From contig JBGPJH010000002.1 in assembly GCA_041485305.1 (NCBI GenBank), positions 1 to 37,711 of the forward strand: a stretch of DNA of 37,711 bases, written 5' to 3'. Made by a program: the position numbers and the translations under genes. This DNA comes from Vicinamibacteria bacterium. Lineage in GTDB: Bacteria; Acidobacteriota; Vicinamibacteria; Vicinamibacterales; CAVVIG01. Shown here piece after piece: positions 24,379-32,694 of the stretch (the first letter of the stretch is position 1; each line of letters starts with the position of its first letter). The notes under the pieces were generated by a model. It made no database searches and was not told the DNA's origin. It saw nothing but the letters and a program-made list of their open reading frames with translations.

Positions 24379-25982
24379 GAGCCCTGCTGAGTGTTTCCGA
24401 GAAGACGGGGATTGCCGGTCTCGGCCGCGGGCTGGTCGGCCGCGGCTTCGAGCTGGTGTCGACAGGCGGAACAGCCCGTGTGCTCAAGGACGCCGGTCTC
24501 GCCGTCACCAGCGTCTCCGACCTCACGGGATTTCCCGAAATGATGGATGGCCGGGTCAAGACCCTCCACCCAGCCCTCCACGGCGGCATCCTTGCGCGCC
24601 GCGACCGGCCCGACGATCTCGCCGCGCTGCGAGAGCATGGGATTGGCCTAGTGGACGTCGTTGTCGTGAACCTCTATCCGTTCGTGCAGGCGGCGTTGAA
24701 CTCCGCGACCCCGTTCGATGCGCTGATAGAGGAGATTGACATCGGCGGACCCTCGCTCGTCCGCGCGGCCGCCAAGAACTTCCGCGGAGTGCTCGTCGTG
24801 GTCGATCCGGCAGACTACGCGGGGCTGCTTGCGGCCATCGATGAGGGGCCGAGCTTGGCGTTCCGCTTCGAGCTGATGCGCAAAGCGATGGCCCACACCG
24901 CGGCTTACGACACCTCCATCAGTCGAACGTTGACGACGGTCTCGCTGACAGGCGACCGCTTCGAGCGTAGGGCCGGAGACCGAGACTCGCCTTTCGCAGC
25001 CAGACTGGATCTCTCGCTCGAGAAGGTCCGCGATCTCCGATACGGAGAGAACCCGCATCAGAAGGCGTCGTGGTATGTCGCGGCCGGATCCTCACTGTCC
25101 GGCCTTGGCGCCGCCACCATCCTGCAGGGCAAGGAGTTGTCGTACACGAACCTGCTGGACCTCGATGCGGCGGCCCGCATCGTGCTGGAGTTCGACGAGC
25201 CCACGGCGGCCGTCGTCAAGCACACCAATCCCTGCGGCGTTGCGACGGGCGATGGGCCGGCGGACGCCTACATTCGGGCGCGCGAGGCCGACAGCCTTGC
25301 CGCGTTCGGCGGCATAGTGGCCCTCAACCGCGCGATCGACGTGGAGACCGCCCAGGCCATCACGTCCTCGTTCATCGAAGCGGTCCTGGCGCCCGCGATC
25401 GAGCCCGAGGCGCGCGCCGTGCTCGCGCGCAAGGCGAACATGCGAGTCGTGATTGCGGATTTCGGCGCGCTCAAGAGCGACGGGATCGAGTTCCGGACCG
25501 TGCTCGGGGCGACGCTGCTTCAGGAGCGCGACGTCGTCGTCGAGGCGCACCGGTCGTGGAGCGGGTCGCTCCCCGAGGGGCTTCGGGTCGTCTCGAAACG
25601 CCGGCCGTCAGCGGACGAGTGGGAGGCGCTTCGGTTCGCGTGGCGGATCTGCGCGCACGTCAAGTCGAACACGGTCATCTTCACGGATGCGAAGCAGACG
25701 CTCGCGATTGGCGCCGGACAGATGAGCCGGGTGGACGCGGTGAACGTCGCGATCATGAAGGCGCGCGCACGCGGCAGCAGCGGGACTCGCCCCCTGACCG
25801 GATCGGTAGCCGCGTCCGACGCGTTTTTTCCGTTCAGAGACGGGCTCGACGCGGTCGCGGCCGCAGGGGCGACCGCGGTCGTGCAGCCCGGCGGCTCCGT
25901 TCGCGATGCCGAGGTCATTGCCGCAGCGGACGAACACGGGCTGGCGATGGTGTGTGCCGGCAGGCGCCACTTCCGGCATTGA
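24372..25982 (+). CDS. purH: Bifunctional AICAR formyltransferase / IMP cyclohydrolase
   Basis: MPRALLSVSEKTGIAGLGRGL...GGTARVL...MDGRVKTLHP.IHGGILARR... and the C-terminus ...VVQPGGSVRDAEVIAAADEHGLAMVCAGRRHFRH. Confidence 0.95.
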   Translation: MPRALLSVSEKTGIAGLGRGLVGRGFELVSTGGTARVLKDAGLAVTSVSDLTGFPEMMDGRVKTLHPALHGGILARRDRPDDLAALREHGIGLVDVVVVNLYPFVQAALNSATPFDALIEEIDIGGPSLVRAAAKNFRGVLVVVDPADYAGLLAAIDEGPSLAFRFELMRKAMAHTAAYDTSISRTLTTVSLTGDRFERRAGDRDSPFAARLDLSLEKVRDLRYGENPHQKASWYVAAGSSLSGLGAATILQGKELSYTNLLDLDAAARIVLEFDEPTAAVVKHTNPCGVATGDGPADAYIRAREADSLAAFGGIVALNRAIDVETAQAITSSFIEAVLAPAIEPEARAVLARKANMRVVIADFGALKSDGIEFRTVLGATLLQERDVVVEAHRSWSGSLPEGLRVVSKRRPSADEWEALRFAWRICAHVKSNTVIFTDAKQTLAIGAGQMSRVDAVNVAIMKARARGSSGTRPLTGSVAASDAFFPFRDGLDAVAAAGATAVVQPGGSVRDAEVIAAADEHGLAMVCAGRRHFRH

Positions 25983-26049
25983 TTGAACTTGCTCATCTGG
26001 TCATTTGATCACCCGGTCATTTAGAACGCATCGTCATTTCAGCCTTCCT

Positions 26050-27045
26050 TTAGATCGTCTTGACCAACGCCTCCAGCAGCTCCCCGCGCGTCACGGTGGC
26101 CGGGCCGAACTTGCCGACTGCGATGCCGGCCGCGTGGTTCGCGAGCACGGCGGCCTCCGCGGTCGTGGCGCCGGCCGCCAGACCGAGCGCAAGGGTCGCG
26201 ACGACCGTATCGCCGGCGCCGGTGACGTCGGCGACCTCGCGCGCCACCGCGGGAATGGCGCCTTCGCTCTCGGGGGTCGACAACCACATGCCGTGTTCTC
26301 CCCGCGTGATGAGCGCGGCGTCGCACTTCGCGCGCCGCCGGAAGTCGATTGCGGCCTCGCGTGCCTCGTCGTCGGTGCGGATGCGGCGGTGGGTTGCCGT
26401 TTCCGCCTCGAGCTGATTGGGCGTCACGAGCGTCGCCCCAGCGTAGCTCTCGAGATGCGGAATCTTTGGATCGATCAACAACGGCCGCTCGGGTCCTTTC
26501 AGCTTCAGGAGCCACTGCATGACGGCCTTCGTAATCGTGCCCTTCAGGTAGTCCGATACGAGCAGCACCTTGGCGTCAGGACCAAAGCGCTCGATGCGGG
26601 CGGCGATCTGTCGCTCCACCTCTCCGTAGATATCCGAATCGTTCTCGTAGTCGATGCGTGCCACCTGCTGGTTGCGCTCGGTGACGACGCGCACTTTCTC
26701 AACGGTCGGTCGCTCTCGATCCTCGGCGAGGCCGTCCAAGCCGATTCCGCAGGCGGCCAGCTGCTCTCGCAGCCGCTGGGCGACGGCGTCGCGGCCGACG
26801 ACACCGATCAGGGACACGCTCGCGCCCAGGGCCACCAGGTTGTGCGCGACGTTTGCAGCGCCCCCGAGCCTGGCGTGTTCGGAGAGAAACCGCACGACGG
26901 GCACCGGCGCCTCGGGCGAGATGCGCGTGACGTTGCCAACGATGAACCGATCGAGCATGACGTCGCCAACGACCAGCACGTGCAGCCCGTTCAACCGGGC
27001 GACGAGGTCGCGCGCGCGCTGAACCGCGAGCGGCGGAAGGGTCAT
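26050..27045 (-). CDS. hldA: D-glycero-beta-D-manno-heptose-7-phosphate kinase (RfaE domain I type, PfkB family)
   Basis: ATG at 27045 gives MTLPPLAVQRA.... VLVVGDVMLDRFIVGNVTRISPEAPVPVV, GGAANVAHNLVALG, VADVTGAGDTVVATLAL. The adenylyltransferase domain is not attached. Confidence 0.8.
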   Translation of the reverse strand: MTLPPLAVQRARDLVARLNGLHVLVVGDVMLDRFIVGNVTRISPEAPVPVVRFLSEHARLGGAANVAHNLVALGASVSLIGVVGRDAVAQRLREQLAACGIGLDGLAEDRERPTVEKVRVVTERNQQVARIDYENDSDIYGEVERQIAARIERFGPDAKVLLVSDYLKGTITKAVMQWLLKLKGPERPLLIDPKIPHLESYAGATLVTPNQLEAETATHRRIRTDDEAREAAIDFRRRAKCDAALITRGEHGMWLSTPESEGAIPAVAREVADVTGAGDTVVATLALGLAAGATTAEAAVLANHAAGIAVGKFGPATVTRGELLEALVKTI

Positions 27046-28244
27046 GCAGAGGTGGAGGCGGCCGTCGAGCGGATGGCGGAGAAGGGCAGGGTGACCAGGA
27101 GCAGGAAGAGCATCAGGAACTCCGAGTCTCCGAAGTTGTACTCGAACAGCCCCGCCGCCAGCATAGAAACCAGTGCCGCGAGCGCCGCGGCTGCCAGGAC
27201 CCTTCGTTGCCCAGACCTGAACTCTCGGCCGAGATCGATCGCGAGTACGCCAATGAACGCGAGCCAGGCAGCGAGAGCAGGGAGACCCCGCTCCGCCGCG
27301 ATCTGCAGCGGCACGTTGTGCAGGTGCGGGTTGACCTTCTCGACCGCCAGCGGATCGCGATATTCGGCGTAGAGCTCTTTCACCATGTTGGGTCCGACGC
27401 CGACCAGGGGGTGGGTGCGGATCATGTGTTCGCCTTCGCGCACCATGGCCACGCGGTCGCGGCTGGTCGGATCCTTGAGGTCGAACATCGAGACGAACCG
27501 CGCGGTCACTGCGGCTGGCGCGAGCGCGAAGACGATGGCGGCGACCACGGGAAGGATGGAGAGCAGGCGGAAATCCTTCAAGGTCAGCAGGAGCGCCGCG
27601 GCGGCGCACACGCCGACCCACGCGTTGCGGGTGAAGGTGAGCGCGACGGCGATCGCAAGCGCGGGCATGACAAGCGCTGCCCACATCCGCTCGTGGCGGC
27701 CGAACAGCACGCGCGCCATCGCGACGCCGATCACCAGCATCAGCAGGCCCGAATACGTCATGTAGTGACCGAGAGTGCCCTGCGGACGCTGAGAGAGTTG
27801 GTCGTAGTGCAGCAGGCCGTATTGGAAGATTCCAAGTGCCGCGCTCGCCGCACCCACCGAGACGACGACCGTGAGCATGGTGGAGCCGCGCGCTCCAGAG
27901 GCGAGGCGATAGACGACCGGCACGATGAGAAACAGCACGAGCTGCTTCGAATCGACAAAACTGACGCGGGGGTGCGCCGAAAACGCGCTGGACACCAACG
28001 TGGTGGCGGCGTAGACGACCAGCGGCCAGAAGAACCGGGGCGCCTCGATCCGTTCACCTTTAGCTAAGAGCAGCGCCGCCCAGCAGGCAACGGCGACGGT
28101 CAACAGAGACTGGGCGACGGCGATCGAGAGTTGGGTGAAGGCGGCCATACCAAACAGCGCCCCCAACCCACAGACCTCCAGCCAATCCGAGAACGACGAG
28201 CTGTCGGAAGGCGCGGTTGTGACGGCCGCCTGAGCGCTGCTCAT
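27042..28244 (-). CDS. O-antigen ligase family (WaaL/Wzy_C-like) polytopic membrane protein
   Basis: 400 aa, multi-TM. LTFTRNAWVG ... NPHLHNVPLQIAAERGLPAL resembles the Wzy_C loop. The stop overlaps the hldA start (ATGA). Confidence 0.75.
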   Translation of the reverse strand: MSSAQAAVTTAPSDSSSFSDWLEVCGLGALFGMAAFTQLSIAVAQSLLTVAVACWAALLLAKGERIEAPRFFWPLVVYAATTLVSSAFSAHPRVSFVDSKQLVLFLIVPVVYRLASGARGSTMLTVVVSVGAASAALGIFQYGLLHYDQLSQRPQGTLGHYMTYSGLLMLVIGVAMARVLFGRHERMWAALVMPALAIAVALTFTRNAWVGVCAAAALLLTLKDFRLLSILPVVAAIVFALAPAAVTARFVSMFDLKDPTSRDRVAMVREGEHMIRTHPLVGVGPNMVKELYAEYRDPLAVEKVNPHLHNVPLQIAAERGLPALAAWLAFIGVLAIDLGREFRSGQRRVLAAAALAALVSMLAAGLFEYNFGDSEFLMLFLLLVTLPFSAIRSTAASTSA

Positions 28245-28290
28245 CGTCTGCTCATCTCGTCGTGCCCATTGTGCTGTGTCAAAACGACAG

Positions 28291-28306
28291 GCATTAATCT
28301 TAATGC
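28291..28306. promoter_or_regulatory. AT-rich perfect palindrome GCATTAA-tc-TTAATGC (candidate operator)
   Basis: Exact 7+7 inverted repeat in the 123-bp gap between the GT9 gene and the O-antigen-ligase-like gene. A perfect TTGACA hexamer (minus strand, 28282-28277) lies just downstream of it in the direction of transcription. Confidence 0.35.
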
Positions 28307-28367
28307 GACTTGGTCAGATCCTCGCCCGGAGTCCACCGATCTACGAAGCCCAGCCTACAGCAACACC

Positions 28368-29582
28368 TCAACCATTCGGTGCCAGCAGGCGCGCGGCGGC
28401 ATCAATGACCTGCTCCGGGCGTATCCAGCCAAGGCAGCGGAAGTCTCCCGGCGTGCACGAGCGTTGATCGCACGGCCGGCACGCAAGTCCGCTGACCTCG
28501 ACCGCGGCAGATCGCCACTGGGACGAGCGCCACGGGGCCGAGCGCGCGGGAAGCGTGGGGCCGTACAGCGACACCATCGAGACATGGCTGGTGGCCGCGA
28601 TGTGCATGGGTCCGCTGTCGCCGCCGATGTACAGCGCCGCACGCTCGACCAGCGCTCGCAGCTCGGACAGCGAGAACTCGCCGCAGTCGAGCACCCGACC
28701 GCCGTCGGTTGGCGCCAGCCGGCTCCGAGCGTCGGCGATGACCTTCGATGCCGCGACAGCCTCGGACGGGCCGGAGGTCACAACGATTCGGACCCGCCCG
28801 TCCCGCCCCGCGAGGCTGGCTGCCACTTGGCCAAACGATTCGACCGGCCATCGCCTGAACGGGTTTCCCGCGCTCACGTGGAGGATGATCACCCGGTCGT
28901 CGGGTGCCACCCCCCCTTCCGCAAGCCGCCTGGCGGTGCTTTGGACGGCGCCGGGATCGAGCTCCATCTCGACAGGGTAGCGCTCGGGCGTCGGTCGATT
29001 GATGTCGAGCGCCTCGATTAGGTCCCACTGGTTGTCGACCGAATGTCGGTGCCGAAGCTGCCGCGGGCGGTGGACTCGGCGCGTGTACATCCAGCCTCGC
29101 CCGGCGACGTCATACCCGATCCGGACGGGCGCTCGACTGAGCCAGGTCAGCAGCGACGCCCGCGGCCCGCCGTGGAAGTCAATCGCCACATCGTACCGAG
29201 CGCGCCTTAGACGGCTACCGAGCGCGAGGTCTGCGCGAAGCCCGCGGACATGTGTCCAGCGTGGCGCCACGATGACTTCGGTGAGGTACGGGTTTGTGGC
29301 CACAACCGGGGACGCCGCAGGCTCGACGAGGTAGGCGAGGTGGGCGTCGGGGTAGCGATCACGAATGGCGTGGATGGCCGGGGTGGTAAACACCACGTCG
29401 CCGATCTGTCGAAGCCTGACGATGAGGATGCGCACGGCTTGAGCTGAGGGTTCCCTCGACGACCTCTCGCGCGGCACCGGGGTTTCAGTCCGACGTTGCA
29501 GGGTGGACGCTATCGGTAGGACCGCGTCCGTCAAGGCCACGGCAGCCCGCCGGAGCTTCGCGCGAAGCCCGAAGGCCTGCAC
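28368..29582 (-). CDS. Glycosyltransferase family 9 (LPS heptosyltransferase-like)
   Basis: VRILIVRLRQIGDVVFTTPAIHAIRDRYPDAHLAYLV... and the C-terminal ...YIGGDSGPMHIAA... C..C... pattern are typical of GT9. The start is uncertain: GTG at 29582 (longest) or GTG at 29435 (gives VRILIV...). Confidence 0.8.
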   Translation of the reverse strand: MQAFGLRAKLRRAAVALTDAVLPIASTLQRRTETPVPRERSSREPSAQAVRILIVRLRQIGDVVFTTPAIHAIRDRYPDAHLAYLVEPAASPVVATNPYLTEVIVAPRWTHVRGLRADLALGSRLRRARYDVAIDFHGGPRASLLTWLSRAPVRIGYDVAGRGWMYTRRVHRPRQLRHRHSVDNQWDLIEALDINRPTPERYPVEMELDPGAVQSTARRLAEGGVAPDDRVIILHVSAGNPFRRWPVESFGQVAASLAGRDGRVRIVVTSGPSEAVAASKVIADARSRLAPTDGGRVLDCGEFSLSELRALVERAALYIGGDSGPMHIAATSHVSMVSLYGPTLPARSAPWRSSQWRSAAVEVSGLACRPCDQRSCTPGDFRCLGWIRPEQVIDAAARLLAPNG

Positions 29583-29609
29583 GACGGGGGGTCCCGAAAT
29601 GACGGGGCA

Positions 29610-29780
29610 CTAGTCCTCGATCGTGGCCTCGTCGATGAGCATCACGGGAATGTCGTCCTTAATCAGATACACCCGTTTGCAGGCGGCGCACTTGAGCGCG
29701 GTCCCGTTCTTGACGAGTGTCACCGGGGTCTTGCAGTTCGGACAGGCCAGAATTTCGAGCAGTTCCGGGTCGACCGCCAT
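29610..29780 (-). CDS. Trm112 family protein (UPF0434/YcaR-like)
   Basis: ATG at 29780 gives MAVDPELLEILACPNCKTPVTL......LKCAACKRVYLIKDDIPVMLIDEA, the classic Trm112 zinc-ribbon pattern. Confidence 0.85.
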   Translation of the reverse strand: MAVDPELLEILACPNCKTPVTLVKNGTALKCAACKRVYLIKDDIPVMLIDEATIED

Positions 29781-29827
29781 GTCGCGACTATATGACACTC
29801 CCCGTCTTTTGTGGAACAATTCCCTCT

Positions 29828-31819
29828 ATGAAACTCGTAGTCCTCATTGCTCTTCTCGGCGCTGTTGCGCCGTTGGCCCATGCGGCGCAGAGCGGGCGAG
29901 GTGGGGCACCGCCTCCGGTGCAGTCCCCCGACAGGACGGCGGAGGCCTACAACCAGTTCCTCCGCGCCCACCTGCTGGAAGACGCCAGCGACGTCGAGGG
30001 TGCGATCGCGGCGTACAAGCGGGCCATGCAGTCCGATCCCACGGCGTCCGATATTGCGGCCGACCTCGCGAGCCTCTACCTGCGAGAGAACCGGAGCAAC
30101 GAGGCGATGGCCGCCGCGGAGCAGGCGTTGAAGATATCACCGACCAACCGCGAAGCCCATCGCGTGCTTGGCACGCTCTACGCGTCCACGGCGGGCCGCG
30201 CGTCCGATCGGCTGCGCGCTGCGCGAGACGCCACGCAACAGACGCTCGCGCGCGCCATCGAGCACCTCGAGAAAGCCGTCGAGGGGCCGGTTGCGTCCGC
30301 CGATCCGAACCTCCGCGTGATGCTTGCGCAGGTGTACATGGCGTCGGCGAGCTACGACAAGGCGATCCCGATCCTGGTCGATCTCGTGAAGCAGGAGCCC
30401 GGCTGGCAGCAGGGGCCGTCTCTGCTCGTCGAGGCGTACTCCGCGGCCGGGCGGGGGGCCGACGCTGTCGTGTGGCTGGAAGAGGCGTCGCAGGGCAACC
30501 CGCAGCTGTACACGATGCTCGCCGATTTCTACGGCCGCGAGCGGCGCTGGGCCGATTCGGCCAATGCCTACGAACAGGCGCTGCGTCGCTCACCGCGTAG
30601 CTTCGATCTCCGCGTCCGGCTGGCATCGTCTCTGCTCAACACTGGGAACCGGGCAGACGTACTGAAAGCGCGCGATGCGCTGCGCGAGGCGATCGCCATG
30701 CGCGCCACCGATGAGCGAGCCTTGTATCTGCTGTCGCAGGCGGAACGCCGCGCGGGCGAGCGCGAGGCGGCGGAAGCGACCGCCCGTCGGCTGATTGCGC
30801 AGAACAGCAAGAACCCGCGAGGGTACTCCGCGCTGGCCGAAGCGCTCGAAGAGCAGCGGCGGATCCAGCCGCTCATCGATGTGCTCGAGCCCGCGGTGGC
30901 GACATTCCGCTCGGCGGCCGACGGGGTGAACGCGCTCGCCATGCTGTTGCCGCACTTGGGATTTGCCTACCAGGAGCTCGGCCAACACGACAAAGCCATC
31001 GCGGCGTTCGAGGAAGCGCGCAAGGCCGCGCCCGACGACCCGGCGCTCGCGGGTTACGTGATCCAGGCACACCTTGCGGCCAAAAACTACGCCGCGGCTG
31101 CCGACCTGGCGCACGCGGCTCGCGCGCGGAACCCGAGCGATCTTCGGCTCGTGCGTCTCGAAGCGCAGGCCCTGCGCCGTGGTGGCAAAGCCGCGCAGGC
31201 GCTCGCCCTGCTCGAAGAGGTCGTGCGCACGCAGAACACCGATCCCGATGCCTACGTCATGCTGGCGCAAGGGTATGTCGATGCCAACCGACACCCGCAG
31301 GCTGTGAAGCTTCTGCAGGAAGCTCAAGCCAAGTTTCCCGCTGAGACGTCGATCACCTTCCAGCTCGGCGCGGCCTTCGACAAGCAAAAACGGTTCGCCG
31401 AGGCGGAGGCGCAATTTCGTCAGCTCATCGGCAAAGAACCTGACAACGCGCAAGCGCTGAACTACCTCGGTTACATGCTCGCCGAGCGGGGTGAACGCCT
31501 CGACGAGTCGGTCCAGTACCTCAAGCGCGCGCTCGTCATCGATCCGGAAAACGGGTCCTATCTCGATAGCATTGGCTGGGCCTACTACAAGGATGGCAAG
31601 CTCGATCTCGCGCTCGACAACCTGAAGCGGGCTGCCGAGCGGCTGACCGCCAACTCGGTCGTGCAGAGTCACTACGGCGAGGTATTGTTCAAGCTCGGCA
31701 AGTTCGACGAGGCGATAGCGGCCTGGAACCGCGCGCTGACGGGCGACGGCGACGAGATCGACCGAGGGGATATCGACAAGAAGATCCGCACCGCGAGGCA
31801 GAAGCTCCCCAGGAAATGA
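29828..31819 (+). CDS. Secreted tetratricopeptide-repeat (TPR) protein
   Basis: ATG at 29828 gives the signal peptide MKLVVLIALLGAVAPLAHAAQ. Repeated A..Y..AL...P....A...LG motifs run throughout (e.g. ALNYLGYMLAERGERLDESVQYLKRALVIDPENGSYLDSIGWAYYKDGK). Confidence 0.85.
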   Translation: MKLVVLIALLGAVAPLAHAAQSGRGGAPPPVQSPDRTAEAYNQFLRAHLLEDASDVEGAIAAYKRAMQSDPTASDIAADLASLYLRENRSNEAMAAAEQALKISPTNREAHRVLGTLYASTAGRASDRLRAARDATQQTLARAIEHLEKAVEGPVASADPNLRVMLAQVYMASASYDKAIPILVDLVKQEPGWQQGPSLLVEAYSAAGRGADAVVWLEEASQGNPQLYTMLADFYGRERRWADSANAYEQALRRSPRSFDLRVRLASSLLNTGNRADVLKARDALREAIAMRATDERALYLLSQAERRAGEREAAEATARRLIAQNSKNPRGYSALAEALEEQRRIQPLIDVLEPAVATFRSAADGVNALAMLLPHLGFAYQELGQHDKAIAAFEEARKAAPDDPALAGYVIQAHLAAKNYAAAADLAHAARARNPSDLRLVRLEAQALRRGGKAAQALALLEEVVRTQNTDPDAYVMLAQGYVDANRHPQAVKLLQEAQAKFPAETSITFQLGAAFDKQKRFAEAEAQFRQLIGKEPDNAQALNYLGYMLAERGERLDESVQYLKRALVIDPENGSYLDSIGWAYYKDGKLDLALDNLKRAAERLTANSVVQSHYGEVLFKLGKFDEAIAAWNRALTGDGDEIDRGDIDKKIRTARQKLPRK

Positions 31820-32199
31820 CCCGCACGGTGCCCGCGCTCGTCGCGGCGCTGGTGACCGCGTCGTGCGGCGCGCCGTTGATGAAGCTGCCCGCCGGGCCAG
31901 CCGTCCCCGCATTGGATGCCGCCGAGGCTTTGACGCAGGCGACCCGCGTGTGCCGCGGGGTGTCGACGATCACCGCAGTGGTGGCCGTGCGCGGAGCCGT
32001 GAATGGCCGGCGAATGCGCGCACGCCTTCTCGCGGGGCTTGCGACACCAGCATCGGTCCGGCTCGAGGCGCCCGCTCCATTTGGTCAGCCGGTGTTCATC
32101 TTCGTAGCCGGCGCCCACGATGCGACGCTTCTGCTTCCGCGGGACGGGCGTGTGCTCGAGCACGGGCCTCCAGACGCGGTGCTCGAGGCGCTGACCTGA
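31816..32199 (+). CDS. LolB/DUF4292-like outer-membrane lipoprotein, N-terminal part (ends at an in-frame TGA)
   Basis: ATGA overlap with the TPR gene. Lipobox LVTASC. ...ITAVVAVRGAVNGRRMRARLLAGLATPASVRLEAPAPFGQPVFIFVAG...LLLPRDGRVLEHGPPDAVLEALT* matches the pattern of the first half of LolA/LolB-fold lipoproteins. The position upstream of ispE matches lolB synteny. Confidence 0.55.
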   Translation: MTRTVPALVAALVTASCGAPLMKLPAGPAVPALDAAEALTQATRVCRGVSTITAVVAVRGAVNGRRMRARLLAGLATPASVRLEAPAPFGQPVFIFVAGAHDATLLLPRDGRVLEHGPPDAVLEALT

Positions 32200-32694
32200 A
32201 TGTCGCTGAGCCCGTCCGATCTGAGGACCACCTTGACCGGATGCGCCGACATCTCGGACGCGCGGGATGGCCGTCAGCTGGGCGAGCAGTGGCGCGTGAT
32301 CCAGGGTCCGATCGAGGCTTACCTCCGGCGTGAGCGTCCAGCGGAGCCCTGGCGCCTCGTGGCGGTCGTCCATCGCAATTCCACCTCGTCCGAGTGGCGT
32401 GCCGAGTTTCGGGACTTCCACAACGATCTGCCACACACGATCCGGCTGATCAGCACGGATCGCCGGAGGTTCGACGTCACGCTCGGGCTCTCACAACTCG
32501 ACATCAACGCTCCGCTCGAGCCAGACGCCTTTCGCGTCAACGTGCCCCGCGGCACCGAACCCATCACCATCGAAGAGCTGCGAAGAAGCGGGCCGTTGGC
32601 AGGTACAGACGCCGCGCCGACATCGAACGGCCCGTCACGCTTCGCAAAGCGCGGCGAGATGGCTCTCCAGGGTCGGGCGGTCGAAGCGCGGTGA
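32200..32694 (+). CDS. LolB/DUF4292-like lipoprotein, C-terminal part (same frame, starts at the codon after the TGA)
   Basis: The ATG at 32200 directly follows the TGA at 32197-32199 in the same frame. MSLSPSDLRTTLTGC...WRLVAVVHRNS..WRAEFRDFHNDLPHTIRL...FDVTLGLSQLDINAPLEPDAFRV reads as a continuation of the same domain. It has no signal peptide of its own. Confidence 0.5.
   Translation: MSLSPSDLRTTLTGCADISDARDGRQLGEQWRVIQGPIEAYLRRERPAEPWRLVAVVHRNSTSSEWRAEFRDFHNDLPHTIRLISTDRRRFDVTLGLSQLDINAPLEPDAFRVNVPRGTEPITIEELRRSGPLAGTDAAPTSNGPSRFAKRGEMALQGRAVEAR

Noticed and set aside
25999-26039. Short direct repeats (GTCATTT x3), and the 5229/5355 repeat pair, as a CRISPR array.
   Set aside because: The repeat units are far too short or too few. 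The spacing and lengths do not fit a repeat-spacer architecture, and there are no cas genes in the window.
32197-32199. The in-frame TGA in the LolB-like gene as selenocysteine or a genetic-code reassignment.
   Set aside because: Many clearly delimited genes in the window end with TGA (nuoA, nuoD, nuoE, nuoF, nuoH, nuoK, nuoL, purH, ispE, rpsR and others), so TGA is a normal stop here. I see no SECIS-like hairpin immediately downstream, and a structural lipoprotein linker is not a selenoprotein context.
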